From a virus (Duplodnaviria > Caudoviricetes), in IMG/VR virus record IMGVR_UViG_3300049444_000105, positions 1 through 53,524 of that record: 53,524 nt of DNA, one strand, 5' to 3'. Below, piece after piece: positions 1 to 9,088 of this stretch. A program made the translations under genes and the position numbers. How positions within the stretch are numbered: the stretch's first letter is position 1; each line of letters begins with the position of its first letter. The notes below the pieces were generated by a model that saw nothing but the letters and a program-made list of their open reading frames with translations, did no database searches and was not told the origin of the DNA.

Positions 1-22
1 GGCATAGGTTCCTTTCTCGTAT

Positions 23-478
23 CTAGTACCGCAGCTGCGGGTTATAGGTCTTCGTCGCAGGCTGGCGCGGGCCGGGAGTCGGGGTCGGGGCTGCCTGCTG
101 GGCTTTGGCCACGTCGCGCCACCAGCTCATACACGCCTCTTCGGTCGCCTGCCGCTCGACTTCTGGCGTCGACCACCGGCCGTCATACAGCGACTCTACA
201 ATGGCTTCGTGCCACATGCGGGTGGCGGTGTCGAGGTTTTCCTCGGTGTAGTAGCGCCGCGTCTGGCTGAGCACATCGCTCCGCGTATAGCCGAACGCGC
301 TGCGCTCGGTGGCGCGGCGCCAGGCAAAGATGCCGAGGGTGCGGCAATACTGCTCGGCACGGCTGAGGCCAGGGACCACGATGGCGGGTTCCGCCTCGGC
401 CAGCGCGGCCCACGCCACAAGTAGCAGGGCGGCCAGCGTCCAGACGAGGGTCCAGGCGACAATACTCTTGCGGGTCAT
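23..478 (-). CDS. Hypothetical protein with N-terminal signal peptide/TM helix
   Basis: AAGGAG RBS before ATG at 478; MTRKSIVAWTLVWTLAALLLVAWAALAEA. Confidence 0.7.
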   Translation of the reverse strand: MTRKSIVAWTLVWTLAALLLVAWAALAEAEPAIVVPGLSRAEQYCRTLGIFAWRRATERSAFGYTRSDVLSQTRRYYTEENLDTATRMWHEAIVESLYDGRWSTPEVERQATEEACMSWWRDVAKAQQAAPTPTPGPRQPATKTYNPQLRY

Positions 479-561
479 GGTAGACTCCTTCTTCGTGTCA
501 GTGTGCGCGTCATGGCGGGGGACGGGTGGCACGGTCGGTGACCCGTCCCCTCTCCCGGGGC

Positions 562-732
562 CTACCCGCCATGGCGGCGCACGTAGGCTTCATACTCGGC
601 ATGGCTGCCCTTCAGCACGGCGTGACAGGCGTTGCAGATGATGCAGAGCCAGTCCTTCTTGTGGGTGATGACGTTGTACGCATGCCACGTAAAATACTGC
701 GCCGGGGGATGCACACAGGGCGTCTTCTTCAT
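562..732 (-). CDS. Small Cys/His-rich protein (56 aa, not in ORF track)
   Basis: AAGGAG 7 nt before ATG; MKKTPCVHPPAQYFTWHAYNVITHKKDWLCIICNACHAVLKGSHAEYEAYVRRHGG. Confidence 0.6.
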   Translation of the reverse strand: MKKTPCVHPPAQYFTWHAYNVITHKKDWLCIICNACHAVLKGSHAEYEAYVRRHGG

Positions 733-791
733 GGGGCATCTCCTTGGTGGATGCTGGGGGGCTCTCCGTGCCCCCCGCTCGCGGTGTGTGG

Positions 792-1286
792 TTAATACGG
801 TCTTCCTTCAGGTGCCAGCGCCGGGCCGAGGCACAGCTCATCCTTCGCACAGATAAAGCTGTACTTGTGCCCCCCTGGGTGAAAGCACACGCGGCCATCA
901 CTGAGGATGCGGGCGTAGCCATGGTCGCCACTGAGCATATGGTAGGCATGCACTGGCGCGGCGGTGGGCGCCGTGGCCGTGGCGAGAGAGGCGCGGGCCT
1001 TGCGCACAAGTGAGGCAGCCCATCTGTGCTTGCACCGGCCGTCTGGGGCGCGCTCCACGTCGGGACAGTCACAGGTCCGCATCACGACGTACCTGACCTC
1101 GGGATCACTGCCACTGCGCACAAAGGCATGGCCATTCTCTGCCAGCGTCACATGGCCGTTTAAGGCCAGGACGAGGCCCCGGTCAAGGCGAGCGGCTTCG
1201 CCGGGGTAGCGGGTGCGGGCCTGGTCCGCGAGGGCACGCAAGGCGGCATCAAACTGTACAACGCTCTGGGTGTGTGCTACGCTCAT
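792..1286 (-). CDS. SWIM zinc-finger protein
   Basis: CDCPD...CKHRWAA (CxC-xn-CxH) motif; AGGAG RBS. Confidence 0.8.
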   Translation of the reverse strand: MSVAHTQSVVQFDAALRALADQARTRYPGEAARLDRGLVLALNGHVTLAENGHAFVRSGSDPEVRYVVMRTCDCPDVERAPDGRCKHRWAASLVRKARASLATATAPTAAPVHAYHMLSGDHGYARILSDGRVCFHPGGHKYSFICAKDELCLGPALAPEGRPY

Positions 1287-1376
1287 CGGCGTATCTCCTA
1301 TCTCTCTAGAAGGTGGTGGATACTGAGGGGCGCCAGAGAAACTTGTCTAGGGTGGCTCTGGCGCCCTTTGCAACGG

Positions 1377-1565
1377 CTACGCTCCAAAGTGCAGGTGTCG
1401 GTATCTCAGGCAGTCCAGGCACACGCAGCCTGACGCGGCTTCGTCTCGGTCCATCTCGGCCTTATGGTCTAAGCAATCCGTACACACATTCACGTCATGC
1501 CAGCGGGCGATAATCACCGTGTCGCTTCCGTCTCTGTCGCACACGTCACAGCATAATGCTGCCAT
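1377..1565 (-). CDS. Small Cys-rich (CxxC) hypothetical protein
   Basis: Three CxxC motifs; GAGGAG RBS. Confidence 0.55.
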   Translation of the reverse strand: MAALCCDVCDRDGSDTVIIARWHDVNVCTDCLDHKAEMDRDEAASGCVCLDCLRYRHLHFGA

Positions 1566-1657
1566 CGTCGTCTCCTCGTGGGTGGTGGGGGCCGGGCGGC
1601 CCCGTGGTGCTTAGGCGCTGGTCGCCTGCTGCCAGGTCTGATACGCCTCAGTTGTTG

Positions 1658-1894
1658 CTACCCTGGCCTGGGGACACTGCAATAGTAGGGGTCCAGGTAC
1701 TGCATGGGGTCGCTACCACTGTTGTAGCGGTGTACGGCTTTCAGATACGCTTTCTGCGCGCTACAGAGCAAGAGGTAAAAACCCTGGCCGCGCTGGCCGG
1801 TAAAGGGGTTGCGCACGGTCAAGAGATAGCCTTCCTGCTTAAAATCCAGCTCCGTCCAGGCATGTATGCTGTGTTCGAGCGGCTTTAGTTGCAT
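1658..1894 (-). CDS. Hypothetical protein
   Basis: AAGGAG RBS; co-oriented with the early gene string. Confidence 0.6.
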   Translation of the reverse strand: MQLKPLEHSIHAWTELDFKQEGYLLTVRNPFTGQRGQGFYLLLCSAQKAYLKAVHRYNSGSDPMQYLDPYYCSVPRPG

Positions 1895-1906
1895 GCTCTT
1901 CTCTCC

Positions 1907-2149
1907 TTAGTTCTTGGGGAAGTAGTGGGCCTCAAAACAGGGTTCGCAGCGGTGTACGCCCTCGGCGGTGTCGGTGCCGTGTCCGGTGTCGCAGGCAAAC
2001 GTGGTGCCACAGTCACGGCACGCATGGTCATGCCAGCCGCCCCAGGTCATGGCCCAGGTGCGGGCCTCGGCGGGGGTTCGGGTTTCCACGATGTGGCGGC
2101 TATAGGCCTCTTGCCGGGCGCGGTAGACACGGGCGGGGATACGTTTCAT
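1907..2149 (-). CDS. Hypothetical zinc-ribbon protein
   Basis: CRDC and CEPC motifs; AAGGAG RBS. Confidence 0.6.
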   Translation of the reverse strand: MKRIPARVYRARQEAYSRHIVETRTPAEARTWAMTWGGWHDHACRDCGTTFACDTGHGTDTAEGVHRCEPCFEAHYFPKN

Positions 2150-2201
2150 CGGTCTCTCTCCTTGAGGTTTCTGCCCATTGCAGGGCGGGGGCGCTCTGCG
2201 T

Positions 2202-2408
2202 TTAGCGTATCCGTTCGATCATCTGCTGCCGTTTCCAGAACCAGTAATCCTCCGCCTTCGGGAGCTTCTTGGGGTCTGGCGTGGGCGTCGTCGCCTCGAC
2301 ATAGGCTATCTCTAAGAGAATCTGCGCCATACCCTCCAGGACCACATAGCCGGTGTCGGTTGTGTGGGCGAGGAGGTCGTCAAGGGCTGTCGTCTTCGTG
2401 CCTGCCAT
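2202..2408 (-). CDS. Hypothetical protein (MAGTKTTALDD...)
   Basis: GAGGA RBS before ATG at 2408; the upstream ORF-track extension looks non-coding. Confidence 0.55.
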   Translation of the reverse strand: MAGTKTTALDDLLAHTTDTGYVVLEGMAQILLEIAYVEATTPTPDPKKLPKAEDYWFWKRQQMIERIR

Positions 2409-2677
2409 ACGGTGTCCTCTCAATTTGTGCTGCCTGGGAACAGCTATGCACCATGCATAGGTGATTACACCGTGCTTGAAAGTCGCTGACCTACCCTTGA
2501 CTGCTGCGCCACACGCCATTCCCCTCGTGCCCGTTTGGGTCCTCAGCACCGATCCTGTATAGGAAGGGCCTAGTCGTCGTGCGCGGTATGCTCGCCTCTT
2601 TGGGGGACTCGGTATTTGTCTCGGGCTGCCTGTGCAACCCTTGGGCTTCCCCGTCTGCCTCGCCATCAACTAAGGAG

Positions 2678-2706
2678 AGTGTACCGCATGGGCGAACAGG
2701 TGTCAA
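2678..2706 (-). promoter_or_regulatory. Sigma70-type leftward early promoter
   Basis: Minus strand TTGACA (2706-2701), 17 nt spacer, TACACT (2683-2678), beside an AT-rich stretch. Confidence 0.75.
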
Positions 2707-2775
2707 GGGATATAATTCGCTATTGCGGTATTATTTTTATGCGCTATATTTATTGCTATAGAAGGAGATCGTTAT

Positions 2776-3006
2776 ATGGCAGATAGCATAGGCGAACGAC
2801 TCAAACAGGCACGACACAAGCATGGATGGAGTTTGCGCGACCTGGCGGATCGTGCGCAAGTCCCACTCTCGACGCTGTCGTATGTGGAAACCGGCAAGCG
2901 CCCAGGACATGGTTTGTCCCTGGAAACGAGCAAACGGTTAGCGGTGGCGCTCCAGGTGAGTCTTGACTGGTTGGCTTTCGGTAAGGAGGATGCTCACCAT
3001 GGGTGA
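2776..3006 (+). CDS. XRE-family HTH regulator (Cro/CI-like)
   Basis: IGERLKQAR...WSLRDLADRAQVPLSTLSYVETG...LAVALQVSLDWL; divergent from the early promoter. Confidence 0.9.
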   Translation: MADSIGERLKQARHKHGWSLRDLADRAQVPLSTLSYVETGKRPGHGLSLETSKRLAVALQVSLDWLAFGKEDAHHG

Positions 3007-3046
3007 TGGGCTCTTTGGTGGCGACTAGGCTTACGTCACTTTGCGC

Positions 3047-3075
3047 TTGACGCGCGTGTCTCTTCTGATTACTCT
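3047..3075 (+). promoter_or_regulatory. Putative sigma70 promoter
   Basis: TTGACG, 17 nt, TACTCT. Confidence 0.45.
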
Positions 3076-3271
3076 CTTAGTAATAGATAGTAGTAGTATA
3101 GTAGTTCTATCTCTATCTATCTTCTCGAACTATGCCTACGCTCCATAAATATCTAACTCGCTGATTTCCCTGGTGCTTACGCTGATACGATAGGGCGACT
3201 TTACGCAACTATGCGGGCTCATGGCTGCCGCCTCACTCCCTGGTGTGCTTGGACCACGTGACACTTTTGTG

Positions 3272-3311
3272 TTGACATTTCACCTTAACTATTTACCCTA
3301 CGCGTAGGGTA
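3272..3311 (+). promoter_or_regulatory. Putative late promoter with overlapping palindromic operator
   Basis: TTGACA, 16 nt, TACCCT; the -10 is the left end of a perfect 18-bp palindrome TACCCTACGCGTAGGGTA (3294-3311). Confidence 0.5.
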
Positions 3312-3409
3312 TCGACGCTGCCAGCCCCATACTCCCCTCTCCGCGCACTTCTCGTATGGGGCTGGCTTCAGCTACTTGCCTCTCACGCGCAAGGAACGAC
3401 ACGCTTATC

Positions 3410-3871
3410 ATGGCTTTCTATCCTGAGCCGCTCTTCCCACAGATTACACAACAAAACAAGAAAGCTTTCCTCGCCGCTTACGCGCATTGTGGGCGTATTC
3501 GTCGGGCTTGTACCGCTGCCAACATTAGCTGGAAAAGCCATTATCTCTGGATGAAAGACGATGCCGTCTACGCGTCGGCATTTGAGGACGCGACGCGCAT
3601 GGCCGGGGATTTCCTGGAAGATGAGGCCATCCGCCGCGCGACAGAGGGCGTCGAGCGCAAGATTTTCCACCAGGGTGAGCATGTCGATAACGAGACTGTC
3701 TATAGTGATACGCTCCTGATTTTTACCCTCAAAGGTGCCAAACCGCAGAAATACCGTGACAATATCAAGATTGAGCAAGAGATTACGGTGCATCTTGAAT
3801 CCTCCCTGTCGCAAGGCATGAAACGGCTTGAGGAGTTACGCGCCAGTGGCGATATCCGTCGCATTGCCTAA
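3410..3871 (+). CDS. terS: Terminase small subunit
   Basis: N-terminal HTH-like region plus LEDEAIRRATEG...YSDTLLIFTLKG.KP.KYRD; directly upstream of terL. Confidence 0.8.
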   Translation: MAFYPEPLFPQITQQNKKAFLAAYAHCGRIRRACTAANISWKSHYLWMKDDAVYASAFEDATRMAGDFLEDEAIRRATEGVERKIFHQGEHVDNETVYSDTLLIFTLKGAKPQKYRDNIKIEQEITVHLESSLSQGMKRLEELRASGDIRRIA

Positions 3872-5318
3872 AAACTTGACGGAACTGGCCGTCGCCTGCC
3901 AGCTGGACCCGCTGCAATTTGTCTGCTGCGCCTACCGCTGGGGTGAGGGCTTGCTCGATGGCGAGGCAGGCCCGGATGGCTGGCAAATCGAGGTGTTAGA
4001 GTATCTCGGTCACGCCCTGCTTGATCCGGCCCACGATGGCGCCATCAAGATTGCCATTGCGTCGGGGCACGGCATCGGCAAGGGCGCACTCTCGGCCTGG
4101 ATTATCCAGTGGTATATGACCACCCGCCCACGACCGCAAATCGTCGTCACCGCCAATACGCAGTCGCAGCTCCTGACCAAAACCTGGCGGGAGCTGGCGA
4201 AGTGGCACAACCTCTCGGTGTTTCAGGGCTGGTTTGAGTGGACGAAGACCGGCTACTTCAAAAAAGGTGCGGAAGAATCCTGGTTTGCGGCGGCCATTCC
4301 CTGGAATGAGCGCAAGTCTGAGGCATTCCAGGGTGCCCATGATAAGTATGTCCTTATCTTAGAGGATGAGGCATCAGCCATCCCCGATACGATTCATGAC
4401 ACCATTGAGGGCTCGATGACGACGCCGCAGGCGCTCTGGCTCAAACTGGGCAACCCTACGCGCAATATCGGGCGCTTCCGGGAGATTTTCCCTGGTGGGC
4501 GCTTTGCGCATCGCTGGTGGACGCGGCAAGTAGACTCGCGGGCCTGCAAGAAGGCCGACAAGGGCCAGATTGCGCAGTGGGTGCAGGATTACGGCGAAGA
4601 TAGTGACTTCGTGCGGGTGCGCGTCCGTGGTGAGTTTCCCCGTGCCGCGAGCACGCAGTTTATTGGCGAGGATCTGATTGCGCAGGCGCAGCAGCGCGAC
4701 GCCCTTCCCGACGAGATTGCTCCTGTGGTGGTCGGCGTAGACGTGGCCAGGTTTGGCGATGATCGCTCGATCATTCAGGTGCGTAAGGGGCCACAGCTGC
4801 TCGCGCGGCATAGCTATAGAGAACAGAGTACGGTGCAAGTGGCGGGCTTTGTGGTGGAGGTGATGGAACGTTGGAAGCCGCAAGCGGTCTTTATTGATAC
4901 CGATGGCGTGGGTGGGGGCGTGTATGATCTCGTGGTGGATCGTGGCTTCCGGGGCGTGCATGAGGTGCATAGTGGGGGCAGTGCGCAAGCGCCCCAGCAT
5001 TATATGAATAAGCGGGCCGAGATGTGGGCCAGGGGCAAAGCCTGGTTGGAGCATCGCGGGCAGTTGGGGCGGGGCGATGAGGGCCTTATTGGCGAACTCA
5101 CCAGTATCGAGTATGGCTATGATGCGAAAGGGCGCTTGCAGATGGAGCGCAAGGTCGATATGAAGCGGCGTGGGTTGGCGTCGCCCGATGAGGCTGATGC
5201 CTGGTGCTTGACGTTTGCCGAGCATGTGGCGCCCGTAGAGCCGTTAGCGCCGGTGGAGCCGGACGGCTGGCACTATGGGCACACGAACGTGCCGTCACCG
5301 ACAAGCTGGATGGGGTAA
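3846..5318 (+). CDS. terL: Terminase large subunit
   Basis: ASGHGIGK Walker A, DEAS Walker B, GNPT, GVDVARFGDD nuclease motif, SPDEADA; start uncertain (GTG 3846 or 3828). Confidence 0.95.
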   Translation: MAISVALPKNLTELAVACQLDPLQFVCCAYRWGEGLLDGEAGPDGWQIEVLEYLGHALLDPAHDGAIKIAIASGHGIGKGALSAWIIQWYMTTRPRPQIVVTANTQSQLLTKTWRELAKWHNLSVFQGWFEWTKTGYFKKGAEESWFAAAIPWNERKSEAFQGAHDKYVLILEDEASAIPDTIHDTIEGSMTTPQALWLKLGNPTRNIGRFREIFPGGRFAHRWWTRQVDSRACKKADKGQIAQWVQDYGEDSDFVRVRVRGEFPRAASTQFIGEDLIAQAQQRDALPDEIAPVVVGVDVARFGDDRSIIQVRKGPQLLARHSYREQSTVQVAGFVVEVMERWKPQAVFIDTDGVGGGVYDLVVDRGFRGVHEVHSGGSAQAPQHYMNKRAEMWARGKAWLEHRGQLGRGDEGLIGELTSIEYGYDAKGRLQMERKVDMKRRGLASPDEADAWCLTFAEHVAPVEPLAPVEPDGWHYGHTNVPSPTSWMG

Positions 5319-5539
5319 GGTATGAGCGGCGGGGGCGGATGGCATTATTGTGTGGGGTGGCCTGGACGCCAGTTGGGACCCGCTGGCCGGCAGGCGCTTA
5401 TGTTACTGACGCAGGACGATGTTGGAGCGCGGGGGCAGCCGCGGCCGCTGCGCGAGGGGGCGGACTGATGGCGACAACGACGCTGACGCCAGCGCAGGTG
5501 CAGGGCATGGTGCCGGATACGCCCGCCTAGGAGTGACGC

Positions 5540-6046
5540 ATGGCCTTTACCTGGACCGAGGAGCACCTGGACGCCCTCGCTGCCGACATTGCGGCTGATC
5601 CTGGCCTCAGTACGCTGCCCAAGAACAGCGACGGGGCCTGGGCGATTGCGCAGGCATACAATCTGCCGGCCTCTCCCGACTTCTGGGTGTGGAAGACGAG
5701 CCTCATGGAGCAGGACGTCTACGAAGCGACGGTGGACGACGCAAGCTGGAACTGGGCTACCTACAAAGCCCAGACGCTCCAGGACCGCGACTCGTGGGCG
5801 ACGATGTGGCGTCCAGGGCAGGTCAATCCGGCGCTGGCGCAGACGCGCAGTGGCTGGCAGGCCATCTTCGGGGGCCAGGGGGCGAGTCAGGTTCAGCAGA
5901 ATTACCTCCTCGCCGTGGGCCGACGGGTGGCGACACGCACGGAGAAGCTGTACGCCACGGGGCCAGGGACGACAGCACAACCGGCGACGATGACCTTTGA
6001 GGGGACACTGAGCCCGAGCATCGTGGAGCAGTCATGGGCCGAGTAG
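5540..6046 (+). CDS. Hypothetical (probable virion accessory) protein
   Basis: AGGAG RBS; overlaps the next gene. Confidence 0.7.
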   Translation: MAFTWTEEHLDALAADIAADPGLSTLPKNSDGAWAIAQAYNLPASPDFWVWKTSLMEQDVYEATVDDASWNWATYKAQTLQDRDSWATMWRPGQVNPALAQTRSGWQAIFGGQGASQVQQNYLLAVGRRVATRTEKLYATGPGTTAQPATMTFEGTLSPSIVEQSWAE

Positions 6047-6834
6047 CCGACTATCCCCGCACGCAGCGGCTTCAGGATGAGCAGGGCGTACAGATTCGCT
6101 TGGACTGTTTCTGCCATACTTGCCGGCTCTGGCACAAGCCAGGCCCGAAGACTCCTGACCAGTTTAGCCACGAACTGTGGGAGTGGTATGCCAAACACGT
6201 CGGGCATGACTTTGAGTTTCTCTCGACCAGACGACGGCTGCCACGACGGTTCAAGGATTGGTTCTGGCAGCAGCTAGGCTATGCGCCGTGGTGGCTGGAA
6301 TACGGGGAGAATACCAACTTTAAGTTGGCGTATGGCGCGGCGACGGCGCTGACGTGTACGCTGGCCTCGCTGGCAACGTCGAGTACGTGGATTGCAGGAC
6401 GCTCATCGGCGGCAGTGGATAACAGTAGTGCGCGGAACATTGACTCAGAGATTACCGCCCAGGTGCGGGCGGGCTCGTCAGCGCCAACGGCTGACACCGA
6501 GATCCGCGTCTACGGGGTGCAGGCACTCTATCCAGATACGACGGTCGTATGGCCGGATGCCGCAAGTGCGACGAATTTAGGCACTGATGCAGCAGTCGCG
6601 TTTACGAGTACCTATACCCGTGATGGCGGCGTCAAGCCCCTGCTCGGGTCAACGGCGGTGGCGGCGACGACAGCGGTCTACTACTCGATTGCGTGTTTGA
6701 GTACGGCGCAGGCGTGGGGCAAGGAACCGAAACGCTGGTGTGTGTTTGTGACGCATAGCACGGTGGCGGCGCTGCATGCGACGCAGGCGACCAATGTGCT
6801 GACGTATACCTCAGCCTATCTCACGGATACCTAG
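6034..6834 (+). CDS. Hypothetical: Cys/His N-terminal domain plus beta-rich virion-type domain
   Basis: CFCHTC...H...KH..H, then a Ser/Thr/Ala-rich domain (LTCTLASLATSS...VDN). Confidence 0.7.
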   Translation: MGRVADYPRTQRLQDEQGVQIRLDCFCHTCRLWHKPGPKTPDQFSHELWEWYAKHVGHDFEFLSTRRRLPRRFKDWFWQQLGYAPWWLEYGENTNFKLAYGAATALTCTLASLATSSTWIAGRSSAAVDNSSARNIDSEITAQVRAGSSAPTADTEIRVYGVQALYPDTTVVWPDAASATNLGTDAAVAFTSTYTRDGGVKPLLGSTAVAATTAVYYSIACLSTAQAWGKEPKRWCVFVTHSTVAALHATQATNVLTYTSAYLTDT

Positions 6835-6838
6835 CCCT

Positions 6839-7714
6839 ATGCCAGCATCGCTCGGTGTGCGCTCCCTCAACTACGGTGCTCCCGTCAACGGGCAGGCACC
6901 ACTCAATCGGGGTCTGGTGGCGTGGTGGCAGGTGCTGCCCATGACCAGTGGCGGGAGTACGTGGCATGACCTCACGGGGCGCTATGACGGCACGCTCACG
7001 GCGATGGGGGTCAGTAGTAGCACGAAAGGGTGGAACAGCACGAAGCGCCTCGGCGGCTATGGGGAACTGCGGTTTGTCACCACTGGGGGAGTGCAGGTGC
7101 CGGTGCTCCCAGCGCTGGACCTTGTCCCGGCCTTTACGCTGAGTACGTGGGTGCGGCAGACGACGCTCGATGTGACGGCGTATGTCTGGCACAAGTATGC
7201 CACGACGCCGCTCCAGATCGCGCTGGATACCTTTACCGATGGGAACGTGTATTTTGAGGTGAATGGCGCGACCACGGGGTATGCCTTCCTCGATTATTCG
7301 ACGGTGGTCACGGCCAATCAATGGTTTCATCTGGTGGCGGTCTATAACGGCGCCGGAGCGACCAATGCGGACCGGGCGCAACTCTATGTCAACGGGCGGC
7401 TCCCAGCCGGCATCGGGTATAGTGGGACGATTCCCGCCATGACGACGGATCTGACCGGCATCCCGTTCTGGTTGGGACGCCATCACAGCGGCACGGGCGT
7501 CTTGAACGGGGCGCTGGATGATGTGCGGCTCTATAGCCGTCCGCTGACCGCCACGGACGTACGGACGCTCTATCAGGCTGGGATGACACGCAGTCCCCAA
7601 GAACTCACGTATCAGGTCTGGCCGCCCGCCTGGGCTGCGGTGGTGGGCGCCGTCCAGGCGAAAGCACCACCCCCACGTCGCCAACCCTGGCGCTTCTTTC
7701 GGAGGGCTGCGTAA
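6839..7714 (+). CDS. LamG/concanavalin A-like lectin domain protein
   Basis: GLVAWW...FTLSTWV...WFHLVAVY...LYVNG...GALDDVRLYSRPL. Confidence 0.9.
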   Translation: MPASLGVRSLNYGAPVNGQAPLNRGLVAWWQVLPMTSGGSTWHDLTGRYDGTLTAMGVSSSTKGWNSTKRLGGYGELRFVTTGGVQVPVLPALDLVPAFTLSTWVRQTTLDVTAYVWHKYATTPLQIALDTFTDGNVYFEVNGATTGYAFLDYSTVVTANQWFHLVAVYNGAGATNADRAQLYVNGRLPAGIGYSGTIPAMTTDLTGIPFWLGRHHSGTGVLNGALDDVRLYSRPLTATDVRTLYQAGMTRSPQELTYQVWPPAWAAVVGAVQAKAPPPRRQPWRFFRRAA

Positions 7715-8217
7715 TGCCACGACTGTACAAAGTCGCTGCCTCCATGCCGGTGACGATTGCTGGGGGCAATACCGATTTTCTGCAACTCACGGCGGCCACG
7801 GGTAAGCCTATCCGCTTGGTAGGCTTTCGTCTGGGCAACTCGACGGATGTTCAAGACGCAGGGGAGATGGGCTTGGAGCTGCAACTCGTGCATATGACGG
7901 GGGGTACGCTGACCGATGGTGGGGGCACCGGCTCGACACTCATCACCCCTACGACGGTGCCACGGCCGGCGATTGGGCAAGCGGCCGGTTTTACCGCCCG
8001 TGTCAACTCGCCCACCATCGCAACGAGCACGGGGACGACAACCGTACTGGAGTACGTTGGGTGGATTAATCGGAGCACGCCACTCGATGTGTTTTATCCT
8101 GAGCAGAAATGGTGTTGTGAAGCGACGGGGGGCGAGGCACTCATTCTCCGGTATACCGGCACGCTCACGTCCGATATGACGATGCAGCTGACGGTGTTTG
8201 TGGAGGAGGAAGGCTAG
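7714..8217 (+). CDS. Hypothetical beta-rich protein
   Basis: TAATG stop/start coupling; beta-strand-like composition. Confidence 0.7.
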   Translation: MPRLYKVAASMPVTIAGGNTDFLQLTAATGKPIRLVGFRLGNSTDVQDAGEMGLELQLVHMTGGTLTDGGGTGSTLITPTTVPRPAIGQAAGFTARVNSPTIATSTGTTTVLEYVGWINRSTPLDVFYPEQKWCCEATGGEALILRYTGTLTSDMTMQLTVFVEEEG

Positions 8218-8218
8218 G

Positions 8219-8641
8219 ATGGTGGCGTTCAACAAATTCAACGTGTTTCAGCAAGACTTACTCCTCGGCTCGCACCGGCTGGCGGCGGCGGCCGATATTG
8301 TGAAAGCGTGTCTCACCAATACGCTGCCGCTGGCGACCAACACGGTGAAGGCGAATATTACCGAGATTACGGCGCAAAATGGCTATCCGGCGGGGGGCAC
8401 GGACATTGCCAACGATGTCACCCTGGCGACGGCGGTCGGGCAACTCGTGGGGACGGACGTGACCTGGACGGCAAGCGGCGGGAGCTTCGGGCCGTTTCAG
8501 TACGTGGTGCTCTATAATGATACCCAAACCACGCCAGCGAAGCCGCTCATCGGCTGGTACAACTACGGGTCGGCGATTTCGGTGAATGACACAGAGTCCT
8601 TTACCGTAGACTTCGGGGCAACAGTACTCACCCTGACGTGA
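8219..8641 (+). CDS. Phage virion-associated protein (AFNKFN...NGY.AGG type)
   Basis: GGAGG RBS; motif EITAQNGYPAGG...GPFQYVVLYNDT...PLIGWYNYG. Confidence 0.75.
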   Translation: MVAFNKFNVFQQDLLLGSHRLAAAADIVKACLTNTLPLATNTVKANITEITAQNGYPAGGTDIANDVTLATAVGQLVGTDVTWTASGGSFGPFQYVVLYNDTQTTPAKPLIGWYNYGSAISVNDTESFTVDFGATVLTLT

Positions 8642-8643
8642 CG

Positions 8644-8991
8644 CTACGGCTGGGCAAAGAAGTCTTCCAGGAGGACCTGCACGTCCCAGTCGTACTGCGT
8701 GAGGGCCTCGGCGCGGGTGTCCCATGCGGCAATGTCGAACGTGGCGAGGCGGTGCAGCGCGACCAGGAACGTCTCGCACTCGGCGACTTCATGGCGGTAC
8801 GCGGTGGGGGGTGTCTCCTGGTCTTGGACCCAGAACCATTCGACGAGATAGGAGTCGTCGGGGAGGCGGTAGAGGGCCAGATCGAGCACAGGGCCAGGGA
8901 GATGCAGGCGATGCTCGGGCAAGGTCTGGGCACAGAGGACCGCGTCAGGCGGAATCGGCTGTCGGTGTGGGCTATACTGAGCGTCAGCCAT
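8644..8991 (-). CDS. Inverted moron-like gene, hypothetical 115-aa protein
   Basis: GAAAGGAG RBS before ATG 8991 (MADAQYSPH...); fills the gap exactly, converging on the stop at 8641. Confidence 0.7.
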   Translation of the reverse strand: MADAQYSPHRQPIPPDAVLCAQTLPEHRLHLPGPVLDLALYRLPDDSYLVEWFWVQDQETPPTAYRHEVAECETFLVALHRLATFDIAAWDTRAEALTQYDWDVQVLLEDFFAQP

Positions 8992-9060
8992 GCGACTTGC
9001 TCCTTTCAGCAAGAAGAGTGGTGAGGGTGCTGCGGTGCTGATGACATCGTAGCACCCGCG

Positions 9061-9071
9061 AGTATAGCACA
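9061..9071 (-). promoter_or_regulatory. Extended -10 promoter for the inverted gene
   Basis: Minus strand TGTGCTATACT (TGn-TATACT). Confidence 0.5.
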
Positions 9072-9088
9072 GTGCGGGGTGCACGCCT

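Noticed and set aside
5322-5530. Two tiny ORFs after terL
   Set aside because: Short, weak RBS and no motifs; cannot be supported
8638-9024. Plus-strand ORF as the real gene
   Set aside because: The minus-strand frame has a strong RBS, a promoter and more protein-like composition; not fully excluded
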